The translations under genes and the position numbers were made by a program. From NCBI GenBank assembly GCA_040752255.1, contig JBFMFD010000001.1, forward strand, positions 1 through 38,891: a stretch of 38,891 bases of DNA, in the 5' to 3' direction. Numbering within the stretch: the stretch's first letter is position 1; every line of letters begins with the position of its first letter. Shown piece after piece: positions 34,242 through 38,891 of the stretch. The stretch is from Armatimonadota bacterium (lineage in GTDB: Bacteria; Armatimonadota; Fimbriimonadia; Fimbriimonadales; ATM1). The notes under the pieces are model-generated. The model ran no database searches. It saw nothing but the letters and a program-made list of their open reading frames with translations, and had not been told where the DNA came from.

Positions 34242-36086
34242 ATGGACCCGGTTTCGCAGGAGTACGTGGAGCTGACCGACCCGTTCTGGGCGCCCCGCCG
34301 CCGGGCGCTCGTCGAGAGCACCATCCCGCACCTGTTTGAGCAACTGGAGCAGGCCGGTAACGTCGAGAACTTTCGCCTCGCCGCTTCGGGGAAGCGCGAG
34401 GGCTTTCAAGGCCCCGTGTACATGGACTCCGACCTCTACAAGGCGCTCGAGGCGGCGGCTCTGGCCCTGCGCCTCGACGGCTCTCCGGCCTGGAAGCAGC
34501 AACTCGACGCGCTCATTGAACTCGTTGCGAGCGCGCAAGCCGAGGACGGGTACATCAACACCTGGTTCGCGGTGAACGCGCCCGACAAGCGGTACACGAA
34601 CCTTCGCGACGCGCACGAGTTGTATTGCATGGGGCATCTCATCAAGGCTGCGCTCGCGCATCGAGAGGTCGCCGGTGAAGGCAGCACGCTGATGAACGTC
34701 GCACGGCGAGTGGTCGCCCACTTGGTCGAGGAGTTTCTCACGCGGGGTCGGCTGGGCTATCCGGGGCATCCGGAGGTGGAACTGGCGCTGATTCGATACT
34801 ATGAAGCGACGGGCGAGGAACCGGCGCTTGAGCTTGCTCGCGAGTTCCTCAACCGCCGCGGCTCTCACTTCTTCGCCAAAGAGCACGGCACTCCCGAAGA
34901 GGAGTACGACGGCACGTACTGGCTGGATCGGGTGCCGATTCGCGATCTCGACGCGCTGGAAGGACACGCCGTTCGCGCGCTGTACCTCATGTGCGCCGCA
35001 ACCGACCTCGCGCGGATCGAGAACGACCGCTCGATGCGAGAGGTGCTTGAACGCATATGGGAGCACACAACGGAGCGCCGCATGTATGTAACCGGCGGCT
35101 TTGGCTCATCGGAGAGGAACGAGGGCTTCACGCGCGATTACGACCTCCCGAATCGCTCAGCGTATCAAGAGACGTGCGCTTCCATCGCGTTCGTGTTCTG
35201 GTGCGAGCGGATGGCGCGCCTCACGGGCGAGGCGAAGTACGTTGATGCGCTCGAGCGAACGCTCTATAACGCAGTCGCCGCGGGCGCATCGCTCGACGGC
35301 ACACTCTTCTTCTACGACAACCCTCTTGAGGACGACGGCTCGCGCAGGAGGCAGCCGTGGTTCCGCTGCGCCTGTTGTCCGCCCAACTATGCAAGGTTGG
35401 TCGCGCAGGTTGAGCGCTACGTTTGGGTGCGCGCCGACGAAGGGATTGCGCTACGCATCCCGATGGCATCGCGAGCGCGCTTCCCCGCCGAGGGCGGCGA
35501 GTTGCGCGTCACCATCGAATCGAAGTATCCGTGGAGCGGCACGGTGCGCATTGCGTTCGATGGAGAGGCGTCGAACGAGATGGACCTCTCCATTCGCTTG
35601 CCGCTTTGGGCGGACGCAATGAGCGTTTTCGTGAACAATGAAGCCGTCCTCGGCGACGGGGAGCAAGCGCTCCGCAAGCGATGGCGAGCCGGCGACGAGG
35701 TGCGAATCGAGATTCCAATGGCGCCCAAGGCGGTCGTCGCCCATCCCGAGGTTGAAGCCTGCCGAGGGCGGTTCTGCGTTCGGCGCGGGCCGGTGGTGTA
35801 TTGCCTGGAGGGCAGCGGCGACGAGGGCGAGTTCGCAAGCCTGTTCGCCTCGCCGGACGCAGCAGCCGCCGACGGCCCGCCCGAGCCGTCGCTGGACGAC
35901 GCCGCGCCGACGGTATTTCTTGAGGGCCACCGGTGGCGAGCGCGCCGTCTCTACTCGCCGCTCAACAAGGCGGAAGCGTCGCGCTTGCGGCTCATTCCCT
36001 ATGCATTTTGGGGGCACGGCGCGGCGTCGCCGATGCGCGTCTGGATACCCGCCACGCCCAACCCGCTCGAGGGCGGCACGAACTAA
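34242..36086 (+). CDS. Glycoside hydrolase family 127 (beta-L-arabinofuranosidase-like, DUF1680)
   Basis: LTDPFWAPRR...NFRLAAS...GPVYMDSDLYKALEAAA, ELYCMGHLI, GHPEVELALI, YVTGGFGS...EGF, YQETCASIA and WFRCACCPPNYARL (the Cys-rich Zn/nucleophile motif of HypBA1-type enzymes). Confidence 0.88.
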   Translation: MDPVSQEYVELTDPFWAPRRRALVESTIPHLFEQLEQAGNVENFRLAASGKREGFQGPVYMDSDLYKALEAAALALRLDGSPAWKQQLDALIELVASAQAEDGYINTWFAVNAPDKRYTNLRDAHELYCMGHLIKAALAHREVAGEGSTLMNVARRVVAHLVEEFLTRGRLGYPGHPEVELALIRYYEATGEEPALELAREFLNRRGSHFFAKEHGTPEEEYDGTYWLDRVPIRDLDALEGHAVRALYLMCAATDLARIENDRSMREVLERIWEHTTERRMYVTGGFGSSERNEGFTRDYDLPNRSAYQETCASIAFVFWCERMARLTGEAKYVDALERTLYNAVAAGASLDGTLFFYDNPLEDDGSRRRQPWFRCACCPPNYARLVAQVERYVWVRADEGIALRIPMASRARFPAEGGELRVTIESKYPWSGTVRIAFDGEASNEMDLSIRLPLWADAMSVFVNNEAVLGDGEQALRKRWRAGDEVRIEIPMAPKAVVAHPEVEACRGRFCVRRGPVVYCLEGSGDEGEFASLFASPDAAAADGPPEPSLDDAAPTVFLEGHRWRARRLYSPLNKAEASRLRLIPYAFWGHGAASPMRVWIPATPNPLEGGTN

Positions 36087-36164
36087 GGCGAACCAATCCC
36101 GCGCGGGCAACGTCTAAAGGGGTGAGTTGAGCGGTCCGCGCTGCTCGGCTCACTCGGCAATAGA

Positions 36165-36200
36165 CAGGGCGTCCCTTTGTTGGAACGCCCTGAATTTTTG
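36165..36200 (+). terminator. Rho-independent terminator after the GH127 gene
   Basis: CAGGGCGT(CC)-CTTTGTT-(GGA)ACGCCCTG followed by AATTTTTG. Confidence 0.8.
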
Positions 36201-36291
36201 GTCACTCCCCGTGCTCCGGTTCAGTTCAGAGGGGCAATTCGAGCTGGTTCGCTTCGGCGAGGACGCTGCGGCCGCTTGCAGGTGAACCCAG

Positions 36292-36366
36292 TGGAGCCGG
36301 CGACAGGATTCGAACCCGCGACCCGCTGTTTACAAAACAGCTGCTCTACCCCTGAGCTACGCCGGC
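36292..36366 (-). tRNA. tRNA-Thr (anticodon UGU), CCA encoded
   Basis: The reverse complement is GCCGGCG-TA-GCTC-AGGGGTA-GAGC-A-GCTGT-TTTGTAA-ACAGC-GGGTC-GCGGG-TTCGAAT-CCTGT-CGCCGGC-T-CCA. This is a complete cloverleaf with a 7-bp perfect acceptor stem, a TTCGAAT T-loop and anticodon TGT. Confidence 0.93.
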
Positions 36367-36381
36367 TCATTCGGTGCGATT

Positions 36382-36822
36382 CTACCCGTCGAGGGGCGAG
36401 CGCTCTCCATATCGCATAGACGCAACGAAGGATTCTGCCCACTCTCGAATCAGTTCGCGGACTTCGCGAACCACGGGGGCGGGATCGTCCGCTCCGGCAG
36501 CGAGGGCGCGCGGGTCAGGAAACGCTCGATGAACCCGCCTCAAAGCAGGCGGGCCGACTGGGCAGGTCTCGCGTGCCGAGTCACACACGGTAATCACCCA
36601 ATCGAACTGGACATCCTCGAACTCGCTGACGCTCTTCGGGCGTTCTGAACTGAGGTCTATTCCCACCTCCGCCATCGCTTCTACGACCGGCGGCCAGAGT
36701 TCCCCTTCCGGCCGGCTGCCGGCGGAGTAGACCTCAGCGCCATCGCCGAGGAGTTGCCTGAGGAACGCCGCAGCCATCTGCGATCGCGCAACGTTGCCGG
36801 TGCAGAGAACAAGAATCCGCAT
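36382..36822 (-). CDS. arsC: Arsenate reductase, thioredoxin-coupled LMW-PTP family
   Basis: MRILVLCTGNVARSQMAAAF (CX5R P-loop), SAGS, EVGIDLS and VITVCDSARETCPVGPP...HRAFPDP (the Cys82/Cys89-like pair as in Bacillus/Staphylococcus ArsC). ATG 36822 overlaps the hutI stop (ATGA). The track start at 37122 is an extension. Confidence 0.75.
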   Translation of the reverse strand: MRILVLCTGNVARSQMAAAFLRQLLGDGAEVYSAGSRPEGELWPPVVEAMAEVGIDLSSERPKSVSEFEDVQFDWVITVCDSARETCPVGPPALRRVHRAFPDPRALAAGADDPAPVVREVRELIREWAESFVASMRYGERSPLDG

Positions 36823-38063
36823 CAGTTGACTCTTCGACCCGAGATGAAGACGGCGCTGGGGCGGAGAAAGGTGAAGCCGTAAACCAACTCTTGAAGTGAG
36901 CCCACGCGCCACGCACAGAAATCCGCCGGCGCGCCGGGCGCGAGCGTTCCGAGACGCCTGGGCACGGCGCCACGCAGCGCATGCGCTGCGTTCGCGGTCG
37001 CCGCGCACAACGCTTCCTCGGCGGAAAGCCCCATCCTCGATACCGCGAGGCCCATCGCAAACAACATGGAAGGCGTCATCGCGCTGCCGGGATTGAAGTC
37101 GCTGCCGAGCGCGAGCGCGCAACCGGCGTCAACCATCGCTCGGGCGCGCGCGTACGGCTTGTCAAGGAAGAAAGCCGTGCCCGGCATCACGACAGCCGTC
37201 GTGTCCGAGCGGGCGAGTGCCGCAATCTCGCGCCTGCCGCTCACCAGCAGGTGGTCGCAACTCGCCGCGCCGAGCCGGCACGCCATCTCGACGCCGCCGA
37301 GAGCGGTGAACTCATCGCAGTGCAACTTCGGCACGAGGCCGATGCGCCGCCCCGCGTCCAACACGCGACGACACTCCGCGACCGAGAACGCCCCCTCCTC
37401 GCAGAAGGCATCCTGAAACGACACCTTGGCGCGGTGCGCGGCGACGAGGGGCAAGAGGTCGTCCACGAGCGCGCGAATCCACTTCGAGCGCGACCATCCG
37501 GGCGGCACGACGTGCGCGCCCATGAACGTTACGACCACTCGTTGTTCCGCCTTCCGGCGCATGCGCGCGACCGCGTCCAGTTCGCGCTTGCAAGCCTCCA
37601 CGGACGAGCCGTAACTCGCCTTCACCTCGACGGTTGTTGTTCCCAATCGGAGCAGGAGCCTCGCGCGCTCGAGCGTTTCAGCTGCTAGCGCTGCGACGGG
37701 CGCGTGCTCCACCGCACGCATCGTGGAGGCGATGCCACCTCCTGCCTCGGCAATCTGTTGATAGGACTCACCGGCGCACCTTCGAAGGAACTCATCGCTT
37801 CGGTCGCCCGACCAGACGAGGTGCGTGTGAGGGTCAACGAACCCGGGCGTTACCAACTCGCCGTCAACGGAGACCTGCTCCGCGTCCGCGAACCGCCTGC
37901 CCAGCGTCCGCCAGGAGCCGACGTCGAGCACTCTGCCATTGCTTACGGCGATTCCCGCATTGTCCGCTCTGGCGGTTTCTCGCATTGCCTCGCGCCTTCG
38001 GGGGGCGTCATCGCCCGCGAGCGTGTGCAGTTCCCGAATCGGGCCGTACAGGCGCACGCTCAT
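36822..38063 (-). CDS. hutI: Imidazolonepropionase-family amidohydrolase
   Basis: GFVDPHTHLVWSGDRSDEF, YQQIAEAGGGIASTMRA, TTVEVKASYG, TFMGAHVVP, KLHCDEF, SCDHL, VVMPGTAFFL and ALGSDFNPGS. ATG 38063 overlaps the upstream stop (ATGA). The track start at 38147 is an extension. Confidence 0.85.
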   Translation of the reverse strand: MSVRLYGPIRELHTLAGDDAPRRREAMRETARADNAGIAVSNGRVLDVGSWRTLGRRFADAEQVSVDGELVTPGFVDPHTHLVWSGDRSDEFLRRCAGESYQQIAEAGGGIASTMRAVEHAPVAALAAETLERARLLLRLGTTTVEVKASYGSSVEACKRELDAVARMRRKAEQRVVVTFMGAHVVPPGWSRSKWIRALVDDLLPLVAAHRAKVSFQDAFCEEGAFSVAECRRVLDAGRRIGLVPKLHCDEFTALGGVEMACRLGAASCDHLLVSGRREIAALARSDTTAVVMPGTAFFLDKPYARARAMVDAGCALALGSDFNPGSAMTPSMLFAMGLAVSRMGLSAEEALCAATANAAHALRGAVPRRLGTLAPGAPADFCAWRVGSLQELVYGFTFLRPSAVFISGRRVN

Positions 38064-38854
38064 CCTCCCTTCTCCCGAAGCACGAGGTCCGCGCTCACCA
38101 GCCGATGGTCGGAGTGCTCGGTCTTCAGAGCGCGCGCCCTGATGCACTCGAAGTGGGGCGAGGCGAAGATTCTGTCAATGCGGTGAATCGGGAATGAGTT
38201 GAAGATGGTGTTCCCCCAGCCGCTCCCCGCCTCTTCGAACGCGTCGCGCAATTCCTCGGGCATCTCTTCGAACACGGGATCGCCCACGGGAGCGTTGAAG
38301 TCTCCTCCGAGCACGACCGGAACGTCGCGCGGGAACGAGGAGACGAACTGCGCGACGGCGCGCAGTTCGTTCCGCCGAGCCTGCCGATTGGCGGTGTGCT
38401 TCCTCCATACCGATGGGAGCAGAAGGTTCGCGTTGAACACGGCGCTGCGCAACCGAAACGTAACGGCGAGGAGCCGCTTGCCGCTCGGCAGTCGGATGAG
38501 CGCTCCGACGCCGTGAGTGCCCTCTATGGCGCGTTGCTCCACAAGCTCTCCACGAAACAGAATCGCCACATCGTTGCCCCACACAATGTCCCACGGCTTG
38601 CGCATGCTCCGGTCGCCCATCGCGAGCAGATCGCGAGGCGGCGGAATCTCCTGCACCATCACGATGTCCGCCCCCTGCGAGAGCGCCTCCTCGACTGCGC
38701 CACGCTCCCCAACAAAACAGTTGAGAGTAACGATGCGCAGCGCGCTTCCGTCCTCTTTCGCCGCCTCCCATTCGGCGTCGTTATGGATCGGAAACCGAAC
38801 CAGCGAGCGCAACTCTGGAGCATACAGCACGAAGAACAGGAGCCAAGCCGACAA
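38060..38854 (-). CDS. Endonuclease/exonuclease/phosphatase (EEP) family protein; the N-terminus may extend beyond the right edge
   Basis: LRIVTLNCFVGE, ADIVMVQEI, VVLGGDFNAP and SDHRLVSADL. The frame stays open upstream of the listed TTG start all the way to position 38891, so the true start may lie outside the window. Confidence 0.8.
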   Translation of the reverse strand: MSAWLLFFVLYAPELRSLVRFPIHNDAEWEAAKEDGSALRIVTLNCFVGERGAVEEALSQGADIVMVQEIPPPRDLLAMGDRSMRKPWDIVWGNDVAILFRGELVEQRAIEGTHGVGALIRLPSGKRLLAVTFRLRSAVFNANLLLPSVWRKHTANRQARRNELRAVAQFVSSFPRDVPVVLGGDFNAPVGDPVFEEMPEELRDAFEEAGSGWGNTIFNSFPIHRIDRIFASPHFECIRARALKTEHSDHRLVSADLVLREKGG

Positions 38855-38891
38855 ACCCGCGGCGAGCAGCCTCCCTCCCCCGGCACGACCC

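Noticed and set aside
36087-36420. tRNA-Thr as an integration hotspot or boundary of a genomic island
   Set aside because: No integrase, no direct repeat of the tRNA 3' end and no phage or transposon genes are visible on either side. The flanks are ordinary metabolic genes.
1-38891. CRISPR arrays, transposases, toxin-antitoxin pairs, restriction-modification or other known defence modules
   Set aside because: A scan of both strands showed no regularly spaced short repeats and no ORFs with the corresponding catalytic motifs.

Overview
High-GC bacterial chromosomal window with about 35 genes, dense coding and many 4-nt ATGA start/stop overlaps. The phylum cannot be fixed from sequence alone; futalosine-pathway menaquinone synthesis, a DUF4139-like gene and FG-GAP/ASPIC proteins are compatible with Armatimonadota- or Planctomycetota-like lineages. 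Recognisable core genes: DAHP synthase and hisC, a self-contained flagellar hook module (fliK-flgD-flg_new-flgE), an MqnE/MqnC-type radical SAM enzyme, uvrA, ribF, an M29 aminopeptidase, moeB with a rhodanese domain, maf, a 2-oxoacid dehydrogenase E2, a GH127 glycosidase, tRNA-Thr(UGU), arsC, hutI and an EEP-family nuclease/phosphatase. No CRISPR array, transposase, integrase or recognisable defence genes were seen. Items worth a second look: (1) a CRTAC1/ASPIC-type lipoprotein gene fused to thioredoxin and TPR domains is interrupted by one in-frame TGA, and a GC hairpin starts exactly 11 nt downstream, so it is a selenocysteine candidate, a sequencing error or a pseudogene. (2) Three tandem secreted paralogs lie directly after flgE. 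A roughly 150-aa C-terminal module from two of them recurs at the C-terminus of an unrelated cupredoxin plus YVTN beta-propeller protein 20 kb away. (3) That cupredoxin-propeller protein has an amicyanin-type Cu site and a His-rich HTHPHGHW motif. (4) Two full-length paralogs of a large secreted protein with an STN-like N-terminus flank a DinB gene on the same strand as the cupredoxin-propeller gene. (5) Many housekeeping genes have a TAnnnT -10 box 5-9 nt upstream of the start codon and no Shine-Dalgarno sequence, suggesting leaderless mRNAs, whereas the flagellar and accessory genes have strong AGGAGG sites. All function calls come from motif recognition by eye; no database search was run.
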